The position numbers and the translations under genes are program-made. A stretch of 27,485 nucleotides of DNA, taken from Nitriliruptoraceae bacterium (GTDB taxonomy: Bacteria; Actinomycetota; Nitriliruptoria; Nitriliruptorales; Nitriliruptoraceae). Below are positions 7,824 through 15,595 of this stretch, piece by piece. The notes under the pieces were generated by a model. It saw nothing but the letters and a program-made list of their open reading frames with translations, did not search any database and was not told the origin of the DNA. The DNA lies in NCBI GenBank assembly GCA_007131525.1, contig SLQK01000291.1:1-27485 (forward strand). The letters are read 5' to 3'. How positions within the stretch are numbered: the stretch's first letter is position 1; each line of letters starts with the position of its first letter.

Positions 7824-8738
7824 ATGGCACGGCGCCCGCTCCCGCTCACCGGCGCGGAGGTCGAGCGCCTCCCGGGAGCCTGTGCCCGGTGCGTGTTCTG
7901 GGAGCTCGGCGGCAGGTGCCCGCAGCCGCGGTCTCCGACCGTGCTCGGTGGGCTCGCTCCTGCGGTGCCACCCCACGAGGCGCAGCGTGCTCCGACGGAG
8001 CGCAAGCGTGACTGGGTGGAGGCCTGTACGGCCGACGGCTTCCCGGCGGGAGCGGTCGTCGACCTCCCGCCGGGCACCCAGCGGCGGCGGGAGGTCGCCG
8101 CTTTCGCGCTGTTCGCGCCCAGCGAGCGGTACGCGCCGCGCGCCGGGACGGCGCCTCGGGCCGGCCGTGACGCCCTGCTGCTGGCCACGATCTACGTGGG
8201 GGACATCCACCGCGAGTCGGGCATGGGGCGGCTGTTGCTGCAGGCGGCGCTGCGGGAGGCGATCCGACAGGACCGGCCGGCGGTCGAGGCCTACGGCGAC
8301 CGGCGGTTCCGCGAACGCACCTGCCTGCTCCCGGTGACCTGGCTGCTGCGCGAGGGCTTCACGGTCCATCGAGAGCACCCTCGCACCCCCCTGCTGCGGC
8401 TGGACACCCGCCGGACCGTCCGGTGGGCGGAGTCCCTGGAACACGCCTGGGATGAGGTCCTGGCTCGCCTGCCGGTCACGGCCCCGGAACCCAGGCGCGG
8501 CGGTACCGTGAGCGGCGCGGTCGTCTCCACGTCGAGACAACCGGGCGGCGACGCGCACGACGCGAGCGCCCCGCCGCGGGACGCCCCGCTGCTGCCACCA
8601 CGACCTCCGCGAGCTGTCCGTGCGCGCCTACCACGAGCTGTTCACCCACCGTGCGGCCCGGTGGCCGCTGCTGACCTCCATGGTCGCCCGGTTGACGCCG
8701 GGCATGATGATCCTGGCCCTCGTCCTCCTCCTCCGTGA
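7824..8738 (+). CDS. Rv3916c/SCO3888-like GNAT acetyltransferase (3' end doubtful)
   Basis: CARCVFWEL motif, acetyl-CoA loop HRESGMGRLLL, VEAYG, GFTVHREHPRTPLLRLD. Conserved position between parB and cwlM. The last ~75 aa are low complexity and overlap the MFS start. Confidence 0.82.
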   Translation: MARRPLPLTGAEVERLPGACARCVFWELGGRCPQPRSPTVLGGLAPAVPPHEAQRAPTERKRDWVEACTADGFPAGAVVDLPPGTQRRREVAAFALFAPSERYAPRAGTAPRAGRDALLLATIYVGDIHRESGMGRLLLQAALREAIRQDRPAVEAYGDRRFRERTCLLPVTWLLREGFTVHREHPRTPLLRLDTRRTVRWAESLEHAWDEVLARLPVTAPEPRRGGTVSGAVVSTSRQPGGDAHDASAPPRDAPLLPPRPPRAVRARLPRAVHPPCGPVAAADLHGRPVDAGHDDPGPRPPPP

Positions 8739-9849
8739 GCACGACTACACCTACGCGGCAGCCGGGCTGGTGAGCGCGGGCCACCAGCTGGGGGTGGGTC
8801 TCGCGTCACCCGTCCAGGGTCGCCTGGTGGATCGGTTCGGGCAGGCCAGGATCCTGGTGCCCGACGCCGTCGGCTACCTCGGCGGCACGATCTGCCTGGC
8901 GTTCGCCGCGGCTGGTGGTGCCTCCGTGTCGCTGCTGGTGGTGGTCGCGCTCCTCACGGGTGCCGTCTATCCGCCGGTCACCGCCGCCTCACGCGTCCTG
9001 CTGTCACGGCTCTTCCCGACCGGCCAGCTGCGGGAGACCGCCTTCGCCCTGTCCTCGATCTCGGTGGAGCTCGGGTTCGTCGTGGGTCCGTTGCTCGCGG
9101 TCTGGATCGCCGACGCCGGCACGGCCGGGTGGTCGGTGGTGCTGGCGGGGGCGTTCGCTGCCGTGGGGTCGATCGGGTACGCCAGCACCGCGGGTGCACG
9201 CTCCATGCCACGCCGCGACGGGCGCCGGCCCCGAGGTGGTGCCCTGCGCGCGCCGGGGGTGCGCGTGATCGCGCTGGCCATCGCCTTCGCCGCGGTGGCC
9301 TTCGGCGTGCTCGACATCACCGTGCCGGCGGTAGCGGAGCTCGCCGGCGACCGCAGCGACGCCGGTCGGCTGATCGCGACCCTGGCGACGGGCAGCCTGC
9401 TCAGCGGCATCGTGTACGGCGCACGCCCCTGGCCGGGGACGCTGCCGGGACGCCTGCGGGCGCTGGCAGCCGCCCTCGCGCTCGGGTTGCTGCTGCTGCC
9501 CCTCACGGTCCACGATCTCCGGCTGTTCACCGCCGGGCTGTTCCTGGCCGGGGTGTTCCTGGCACCGACGACCATCGTGGCCTTCCAGCTCCTCGACGAC
9601 CTCGCCATCAAAGGCACCCAGACCGAAGCACAGGCCTGGCTGCAGTCGGCGGTGGTGTTCGGTGTCGCGGTCGGCGCCAGCACCGCCGGTCTCGCGGTGG
9701 ACACCGGCGGGCCGCAGGCCGCCTTCGGCCTGGGGGCGGTGGCGGTCGGGCTCGGCGCGGTGGTCGTGCAGCTGCGTCAGCCCGTGCTGCGGGCGGGGGT
9801 CACCGCAGCCGTGCCAGCCACCGTCGAGGGCGGGTCGCCGAGCAGGTAG
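8620..9849 (+). CDS. MFS transporter
   Basis: About 12 hydrophobic segments and MFS loop motif GRLVDRFGQARIL. Typical actinobacterial N-terminus MRAYHELF..ARLTPGM. Confidence 0.9.
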   Translation: MRAYHELFTHRAARWPLLTSMVARLTPGMMILALVLLLREHDYTYAAAGLVSAGHQLGVGLASPVQGRLVDRFGQARILVPDAVGYLGGTICLAFAAAGGASVSLLVVVALLTGAVYPPVTAASRVLLSRLFPTGQLRETAFALSSISVELGFVVGPLLAVWIADAGTAGWSVVLAGAFAAVGSIGYASTAGARSMPRRDGRRPRGGALRAPGVRVIALAIAFAAVAFGVLDITVPAVAELAGDRSDAGRLIATLATGSLLSGIVYGARPWPGTLPGRLRALAAALALGLLLLPLTVHDLRLFTAGLFLAGVFLAPTTIVAFQLLDDLAIKGTQTEAQAWLQSAVVFGVAVGASTAGLAVDTGGPQAAFGLGAVAVGLGAVVVQLRQPVLRAGVTAAVPATVEGGSPSR

Positions 9850-10895
9850 TGGGTGATCGCGTGGGTCAACGCGGTGGCGATGCGCTGCTGGGTGCGTGGT
9901 TCGGCGAGCTGACGGCCTTCCTCGGGGTGGGTCAGGAAGCCGGGCTCGATCACCGCGGCAGGCGCCCGGGACTCACGCAGGATGGGGCTGATGGAGGGGT
10001 GGACGCGGCAGTCCTTGGTCCCGGTGACGTCCAGCACCGCTGCCAGTGACAGCTCGGCGAGACGCCGGCCCCGATCGGAGATCTGCACCTCGGTACCGAA
10101 GTGGTACGCGGCCGCACCGCGTGCCCGCGGCGAGTTGGCCCCGTTGAGGTGGATGGACAGGATCAGCTCGACGTCCTCGGCGTTGGCCTGCGCGGCTCGC
10201 TGCGATGGGGTCGGGCTGGTGTACGGCCCACGGCTGAGGACCACGTGCGCGCCGAGCGCGGCGAGCCGTCCCTCGAGGGCGGTCCCGATGCGCCAGGTGA
10301 TCTCGTGCTCCTGTGCCCCGTCGACCGAGGACAGCCCCGGGTCCGCGATCCCGTGGCCGGGATCGACCATCAGCCGGGCCCCGGCGAGGCTGCGGCGGGT
10401 CGGGCGGCGCAGCGCCTCGCGTTCGCGCACCGCCGCCACCGGGGCCTCCTGGTGGGCGCGGTGCAGGCGCAGCACGTGCTCCACGGTCTCATGGCCGGCG
10501 ATCCCGTCGACCAGCAACCCCGCGTTGAGCTGGAACTCCCGGACCGCCGCAGCCGTCTGGACGCCGAACAGCCCGTCGTCGTAGCCGGCGTCGAAGCCGA
10601 GCCGGTTGAGGCGGCGCTGCAGGTCCCGGACGTCGTCCCCGCGCGTCAGTGGCCGCGTGACGTAGAGCAGGCGGTCGCCGAGGCTGAAGGAGGCCCCGAC
10701 CAGCGTCTGCCAGGTCTCCGGGCCGACGACGCCGTCGGCGATGAGCCCGCGCTGCTGCTGGAAGGTCCGAACGGCGGCCTCGGTCGCCGGGTCGAACACG
10801 CTCGGGTCGCTCGGGCAGGTCAGACCGAGGGCCTCGAGGCGACGCTGGACGTCCTCCACCTCGGGCCCGATGCTGCCCAACCGGATCGGTTCCAC
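9777..10895 (-). CDS. cwlM: CwlM-like protein: two peptidoglycan-binding domains plus Amidase_3
   Basis: VEDVQRRL..FDPATEAAVRTFQQQRGLIADGVVGPETW and a second PG-binding repeat. Amidase motifs VDPGHG..QE, LSIHLN, VIEPGFLTHPEE. Synteny with Rv3915. Confidence 0.88.
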   Translation of the reverse strand: MEPIRLGSIGPEVEDVQRRLEALGLTCPSDPSVFDPATEAAVRTFQQQRGLIADGVVGPETWQTLVGASFSLGDRLLYVTRPLTRGDDVRDLQRRLNRLGFDAGYDDGLFGVQTAAAVREFQLNAGLLVDGIAGHETVEHVLRLHRAHQEAPVAAVREREALRRPTRRSLAGARLMVDPGHGIADPGLSSVDGAQEHEITWRIGTALEGRLAALGAHVVLSRGPYTSPTPSQRAAQANAEDVELILSIHLNGANSPRARGAAAYHFGTEVQISDRGRRLAELSLAAVLDVTGTKDCRVHPSISPILRESRAPAAVIEPGFLTHPEEGRQLAEPRTQQRIATALTHAITHYLLGDPPSTVAGTAAVTPARSTG

Positions 10896-10901
10896 GCCCT
10901 G

Positions 10902-10907
10902 AGCCTA
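10902..10907 (-). promoter_or_regulatory. -10 box, likely leaderless cwlM promoter
   Basis: Minus strand TAGGCT, 6 nt, then GTG 10895. No SD. Confidence 0.6.
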
Positions 10908-10929
10908 CGCGCCGCCGGAGCGGGCGGGA

Positions 10930-11568
10930 TCACGGCGCGGCCGCCCCGGTGGCGGCACGTTCGAGGACGTCCGAGCCGGTCGGGGTGAACCCCATGTCCC
11001 GCAGGTACCGGCGGTGAGCGGCCACGCTCGCGGTCGCGCGCAGCGTCTGGACCCCGAGGTCGGCGAACAGCCCCGGGGTGGTGTAGAACCGGGTCCCGGC
11101 CCGCTGGTCACGGTGCGCCGGGGTGACGTAGTCGAGGTCGATCGTCGCCACCTCGCCGTCGACGCGGGCCAGGACGACCCCCACCGGCACGCCGTCGCGC
11201 AGGACCATCCAGGCGAGATGATCCGCGCGCAGGCCGTCGAACTCGGGCTGGAAGCGAGGGAGGTCGTCGCGGTGGTGGTGCAGGAACCGCTCGAGCAGCG
11301 GCGAGTCGGCCGGCACCGCCACCACCTCGAAGTAGGCGCCCTGCGCCCGATCACGGGCCATCCGCACGAGGTAGTACACATCGATCAGCACGATGGCCCC
11401 GTTGGTGAGCACGACCGGGATCGATCCGATCAGCACCCCGTAGGCCGTGAACACCACCGCACCGATGAGGTTGATCACGCGCAGCCGCCACACCGACGAC
11501 ATGAGCAGGCTGAGGACGATCAGGGCCGACGCGATGTAGCCGACCAGCTCGGTCCACTCAGGCGGCAT
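10930..11568 (-). CDS. YgjV-like membrane domain fused to a GNAT-like C-terminal domain
   Basis: N-terminal TMs GYIASALIVLSLLMSSVWRLRVINLIG. C-terminal IDLDYVTPAHRDQRAG resembles GNAT motif A. Confidence 0.72.
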   Translation of the reverse strand: MPPEWTELVGYIASALIVLSLLMSSVWRLRVINLIGAVVFTAYGVLIGSIPVVLTNGAIVLIDVYYLVRMARDRAQGAYFEVVAVPADSPLLERFLHHHRDDLPRFQPEFDGLRADHLAWMVLRDGVPVGVVLARVDGEVATIDLDYVTPAHRDQRAGTRFYTTPGLFADLGVQTLRATASVAAHRRYLRDMGFTPTGSDVLERAATGAAAP

Positions 11569-11608
11569 CGGCAGGTCCAGGGCTCGCGGGGAGGGGCGTC
11601 AGAGCCCC

Positions 11609-11633
11609 GCGCCCCGGCCACCGACCGGGGCGC
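11609..11633 (-). terminator. GC-rich hairpin downstream of trxA
   Basis: GCGCCCCGG-ccaccga-CCGGGGCGC, 9-bp stem, no U-tract. Confidence 0.45.
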
Positions 11634-11651
11634 CTGTCAGCGTCGGCCTGC

Positions 11652-11975
11652 TCAGCTGACGTAGTCCTTCAGATCCTTGAGCAGTGCGGCCTTGCCCTTC
11701 GCGCCGACGATCCGCTTGTCAGGTCGTCCGCCCTTGAACACCAGCAGGGTGGGGATCGACATGATCCCGTACTCGCGGGCGGTGTCGGGGTTCTCGTCCA
11801 CGTTCAGCTTGACGACCTTGAGCTCATCCGACCGCTCGTCGGCGATCTCGTCGACGATCGGCGACACCATCTTGCAGGGCCCGCACCACTCGGCCCAGAA
11901 GTCGACCAGCACGGGTCGATCGGACTCCAGGACCTCGGTGGTCCAGTCGCTGGTGGTGACGGGGGTAGCTCCCAT
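11652..11975 (-). CDS. trxA: Thioredoxin
   Basis: DFWAEWCGPCK, LNVDENP, SIPTLLVFK. SD AGGAG upstream. Confidence 0.97.
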   Translation of the reverse strand: MGATPVTTSDWTTEVLESDRPVLVDFWAEWCGPCKMVSPIVDEIADERSDELKVVKLNVDENPDTAREYGIMSIPTLLVFKGGRPDKRIVGAKGKAALLKDLKDYVS

Positions 11976-12017
11976 GGGTGCGGCTCCTGTGTGTGCAGCT
12001 CCGACGCGTCCTCGGGC

Positions 12018-12042
12018 CGCCTCGGATCGTGGGTCCGAGGCG
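12018..12042. other. Intercistronic hairpin between trxB and trxA
   Basis: CGCCTCGGA-tcgtggg-TCCGAGGCG, 9-bp stem. Confidence 0.5.
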
Positions 12043-12087
12043 AACGGTACAGGGCGAGGCTCGGCTGGCGGCAGACGCGCCTGCTGC

Positions 12088-13161
12088 TCAGCCGCTGACC
12101 ACCGTGGGCTCGGCCTCGGGGCTCGCCGCGGTCACGCCACCGCCCCCGGCGAGGTAGCGCTCCGCGTCGATGGCGGCGCGGCAGCCGGTCCCGGCGGCGG
12201 TGACGGCCTGGCGGTAGGTGTGGTCCATGACGTCGCCGCAGGCGAAGACGCCCGGCAGGTTGGTCGCGGTGGAGGGTTCGTCGACGATCAGGTAGCCCTC
12301 GTCGTCGGTGTCGAGCACGTCGTCGAACAGCCAGGTGTTGGGGATGTGACCGATGGCCAGGAACAGCCCGTCAGCAGCCAGGGTGCGCTGCTCGCCCGTC
12401 ACCGTGTCGGTCAGCACGACGCCGCTCATCAGGCCACCCTCGCCGAGGATCTCCGCGACGGTGGCGTTGAAGGCGAACTCGATGCGGTCGTTCTTGAAGG
12501 CCCGCTCCTGCATGATGACCGACGCGCGCAGCTGATCCCGGCGGTGCACGACCGTCACCTTGGAGGCGAACTTGGTCAGGAAGATCGCCTCCTCCATCGC
12601 CGAGTCGCCACCGCCGACGACGATGACGTGCTTGTCACGGAAGAAGAAGCCATCGCAGGTCGCGCAGGCGGACACCCCTGACCCCCACAGCTCGTCCTCC
12701 CCGGGGACCTCGAGGCGGCGGGGCTTCGCGCCGGTGGCGATGATCAGCGTCCGGGTCGACAGCCGGAGCCCGGAGGCGGTCTCTAGCACCTTGAGGTCCC
12801 CGGTCAGGTCGACGCTGGTCACGTCCTCGGTGATGAACCGGGTCCCGAAGCGTTCGGCCTGGTCCCGCATGTTGGTGATGAGCTCGGGGCCGAGGATCCC
12901 GGCGGAGAAGCCCGGGAAGTTCTCCACGTCGGTGGTGAGGGTCAGCTGCCCACCGGTGGGCCCGCCCTCGAGCACGCCCTCGATCAGGATCGGCTGCAGG
13001 TTCGCCCGCGCGGCGTACACCGCGGCGGTCAGGCCGGCCGGGCCCGAGCCGATGATGATCGTGTCGTGGACCCGGTCCTCGAGCTCGGGGGTACCGGTCG
13101 GCTCGCTGGCGGGTGCAGGAGCTCCCACCGGGCTCAGGATGATCTTCGGCGTGTCGGACAT
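12088..13161 (-). CDS. trxB: Thioredoxin-disulfide reductase
   Basis: IIGSGPAG, GGQLTLTTDVENFPGF, redox CATCDG, NADPH-binding GGGDSAMEEA..HRR, GVFACGD..YRQAVTAAG. Confidence 0.97.
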   Translation of the reverse strand: MSDTPKIILSPVGAPAPASEPTGTPELEDRVHDTIIIGSGPAGLTAAVYAARANLQPILIEGVLEGGPTGGQLTLTTDVENFPGFSAGILGPELITNMRDQAERFGTRFITEDVTSVDLTGDLKVLETASGLRLSTRTLIIATGAKPRRLEVPGEDELWGSGVSACATCDGFFFRDKHVIVVGGGDSAMEEAIFLTKFASKVTVVHRRDQLRASVIMQERAFKNDRIEFAFNATVAEILGEGGLMSGVVLTDTVTGEQRTLAADGLFLAIGHIPNTWLFDDVLDTDDEGYLIVDEPSTATNLPGVFACGDVMDHTYRQAVTAAGTGCRAAIDAERYLAGGGGVTAASPEAEPTVVSG

Positions 13162-13229
13162 GAGCGACCTCTGGAGGTGTCGGCGCAGGGGTGACCGCGC
13201 GGGGAGCGATGCGGTCCTCGGTCCAGGCT

Positions 13230-13255
13230 AACGGCGGGCACCGACCTGGTATTCC
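13230..13255 (-). promoter_or_regulatory. SigH/SigR-type (thiol stress ECF) promoter for trxB-trxA
   Basis: Minus strand GGAAT-accaggtcggtgcccgcc(18 nt)-GTT, an exact match to the established SigR/SigH consensus GGAAT-N18-GTT. Confidence 0.85.
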
Positions 13256-13261
13256 CTGCCG

Positions 13262-13267
13262 TACCCT
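13262..13267 (+). promoter_or_regulatory. -10 box, likely leaderless promoter of the Zn-finger membrane gene
   Basis: TACCCT, 6 nt (GGCCCC), then ATG 13274. Confidence 0.55.
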
Positions 13268-13273
13268 GGCCCC

Positions 13274-13858
13274 ATGCCTGCCCCCACCGCCTGCACCCAG
13301 CACCCGTCGGTCCAGACGCGGCTGCGCTGCTCCGCCTGCGAGACGCCCATCTGTCCGGACTGCGCCCGGGAGGCGGCCGTGGGCTACAAGTGCCCGCCGT
13401 GCGCCCGGCACCTCGACGGCACGACGTCACGCCGGAGTGGGCAGGGCGCGGGCGCCCTGGAGCGGTTCGGCGCCGGCGTCAACCGCCGGGCCGGTGGCGG
13501 CGGGGCCGGCGGCGCGCCAAGCGGCGACCGTCTGGCGGCGACCGTCGGGGCGCGTGCTGTGGCCGTGGGGATGGCGGCCGCCGTGGCGGGCGGTCTCGTG
13601 CTGGCGATCGTGCTGCAGGGTGGCTTCCTGTTCCTGATCTCCTCCGGCGCGATCGGCTGGGGCGTGGCCCGGGCTGTCTACTGGGGTTCCGAGGAGCGCG
13701 ACTCACCCTTCATCCGCGCGGTCGCGATGACCCTGGCCGGCTTCACGGTCGCGATCGCACTGGCGGTGGCGGGGTTCTCGACCGCTCCGGCGGGCCTGGT
13801 GTTCCTGGCCTATCCCGCGGCGGTGTACGGCGGCTGGATCGTGGTCCGCGGTCGCTGA
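13274..13858 (+). CDS. B-box-like Zn-finger membrane protein
   Basis: CTQHP..RCSACETPICPDC..VGYKCPPC at the N-terminus, Gly-rich linker, about 4 TM segments. Confidence 0.8.
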   Translation: MPAPTACTQHPSVQTRLRCSACETPICPDCAREAAVGYKCPPCARHLDGTTSRRSGQGAGALERFGAGVNRRAGGGGAGGAPSGDRLAATVGARAVAVGMAAAVAGGLVLAIVLQGGFLFLISSGAIGWGVARAVYWGSEERDSPFIRAVAMTLAGFTVAIALAVAGFSTAPAGLVFLAYPAAVYGGWIVVRGR

Positions 13859-13868
13859 TCCGTCGTCG

Positions 13869-14918
13869 TCAGGCCTGGTCGAACCGCAGGACCTGGCAGG
13901 AGGCCCGCTCCAGCGTCCACACCTCGACCCGGGTGTACGCCCCGGATCGGGGATCGGGGGTCACCAGCCCGACGCTGACCGCTGGGACACCGTCGAGCTC
14001 GAGCAGCTCGATCCGGATCGGGATCGCCTGCTCGTCACCCTCGAGCAGGGCGGTCAGGCAGGCCTGGAGGTCGGCGACGTCCGCCGGTCCCAACACGCGG
14101 CCGTCACGGGTGACGACCTCCGGCCCGGCCGAGGGGGCCACCTCGTCGTCCTCGACGTCGTCAGCCATCGACTCCGGCGTCGCCGGAGCGACGGCGCCGA
14201 GCAGGAGCTGCTGGAACCGTGCGGCCACCGCCGCACCGTCCTCGCGTGGCAGGGCCTGTGCGGCCACCGCCGCGAGCTCGGGACTGGCGAGCAGCGCCGC
14301 CAGGTCCGCGCTGGAGATCGCTCGGCCGTCGTCGACCACGATGGGAGCCCGTGCCTCGAGCTCAGGGCCGGCCGGCAGCGCCTCGAGCTCCGCGGCGTCA
14401 TCGGCGCTCAGCAGCGCGTCGGCGCGTTCGGCGGTGTCGACCTCGTCCGAGCCCAGACCGAGCTGCCCCAGCCCGACGAGCCCCCCGGCGAGCAGCACGA
14501 GGCCGGCCGCCACCCCGGTCACCGCCGGCACGACCCGTCGCCGTCGACGCTGCGTGAGCTCGTCGTGGCCGGTGTCGGTGACCGTGGCGGGGGTGGGTGC
14601 GGCCTCGGCCTCCGCCGCTGTCACCGGCTCGCCCCCGGTGGGCAGCCGCTGGACCGTGGTGTCCGACGACGTCGTCGACAGCACCTCGTCCAACACACCC
14701 GCCAACCGGTCGTCGAGGCGTTGGCGTGCCCCGGGTGGGAGCTCGGTGGCTGCCAGCCCGCGCAGCGCCTCATCCGCTGCACGCAGCCCCGCCAGCCGCG
14801 CCCGCAGCACGTGATCGCCGGCGAGCTCGGCCTCGAGGGCACGGCGCTCGTCGGCAGCCAGCTCACCATCGAGGTAGCTGGTCAGGCGCTCGGTCTCGTC
14901 CAACGGTGCTCCTGGCAC
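13869..14918 (-). CDS. Membrane-anchored anti-sigma factor (RsmA/RstA-like)
   Basis: LTSYLDGELAADERRALEAEL anti-sigma N-terminus, RRRRR followed by TM VTGVAAGLVLLAGGLVGL. Directly downstream of the ECF sigma. Confidence 0.82.
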   Translation of the reverse strand: MPGAPLDETERLTSYLDGELAADERRALEAELAGDHVLRARLAGLRAADEALRGLAATELPPGARQRLDDRLAGVLDEVLSTTSSDTTVQRLPTGGEPVTAAEAEAAPTPATVTDTGHDELTQRRRRRVVPAVTGVAAGLVLLAGGLVGLGQLGLGSDEVDTAERADALLSADDAAELEALPAGPELEARAPIVVDDGRAISSADLAALLASPELAAVAAQALPREDGAAVAARFQQLLLGAVAPATPESMADDVEDDEVAPSAGPEVVTRDGRVLGPADVADLQACLTALLEGDEQAIPIRIELLELDGVPAVSVGLVTPDPRSGAYTRVEVWTLERASCQVLRFDQA

Positions 14919-14943
14919 CCGGCTCCGCCCGGGTCCGCGGTGT

Positions 14944-14996
14944 GGTCAGGGGTGGGACGTGCGGTCAGGGGTGGGACGTTCGGTCAGGTGGTGGGG
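14944..14996. repeat. 19-bp-period tandem repeat (about 2.7 copies) at the sigma/anti-sigma junction
   Basis: GGTCAGGGGTGGGACGT at 14944 and 14963; degenerate GGTCAGGTGGTGGGG at 14982. Confidence 0.8.
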
Positions 14997-15591
14997 TTGC
15001 ATCGGATCCGGGGGGCCCGCGGCGGTCGGTCAGCGCTGCGGCGAGTCGTCCCCGCGCGCGCGACACCCTGCTCTTGACGGTGCCGACCGGCAGGCCGATG
15101 ACCTCCCCGGCCTCGGCGTAGGTGAGGCCCTCGACCGCGACCAGCACCAGCGCGCGGCGGGACAGGGGGTCGAGGTCGTCCAGGGCCGCGGCCACCGCCA
15201 ACTGCTCGGCGGTGGCGGCGCTGGTGTCCGGCTGCGAGGGCGCGTCGTCGAGCCGTCCCGGGTCAGCCACCGGCGTCGCGGGCCGGCGGGCGTCGTGGCG
15301 GATCTGATCGGTGCAGACGTTGCGGGCCACCCGGTACAGCCAGGTCGACAGCTTCGCCTCGCCGCGGAACCCGGCGGCGCCGCGGGCCAGCTTGACGAAG
15401 GTCTCCTGGGTGGCGTCCTCGGCGTCGCTGCGCGAGCGCAGCACCTCGAGACAGATGGCGAAGACCCGTCGGTGGTAGCGGTCGACCAGGGTGTGGAAGG
15501 CGGTCTCCCGGTCGCCCACGGGAGCGCCGGCATCCACGAAGCGGGCGAGGACCTCCTCATCGCTCAGCGCTTCGAGGGACAGGGCGGTCAT
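14965..15591 (-). CDS. sigM: ECF RNA polymerase sigma factor, SigM/SigT-like
   Basis: From ATG 15591: SDEEVLARF, AEDATQETF, STWLYRVARN, region 4 EGLTYAEAGEVIGLPVGTVKSRVSRAR. Conserved position next to trxB. Confidence 0.88.
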   Translation of the reverse strand: MTALSLEALSDEEVLARFVDAGAPVGDRETAFHTLVDRYHRRVFAICLEVLRSRSDAEDATQETFVKLARGAAGFRGEAKLSTWLYRVARNVCTDQIRHDARRPATPVADPGRLDDAPSQPDTSAATAEQLAVAAALDDLDPLSRRALVLVAVEGLTYAEAGEVIGLPVGTVKSRVSRARGRLAAALTDRRGPPGSDATPPPDRTSHP

Positions 15592-15595
15592 GGCG

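Noticed and set aside
7521-8558. 5' extension making the aminotransferase 788 aa
   Set aside because: The extension is Arg/Pro-rich, antisense to the small protein and GNAT genes. Family similarity begins only near ATG 7520.
9777-9849. 73-nt convergent overlap of MFS and cwlM as a regulatory antisense system
   Set aside because: Both overlapping tails are low-complexity. Stop-codon scarcity in GC-rich DNA explains this without function.
10888-10897. GGTTCCACGC resembling a parS half-site
   Set aside because: Only one half matches, and it is the reverse complement of the cwlM start codons (GTG GAA CC).
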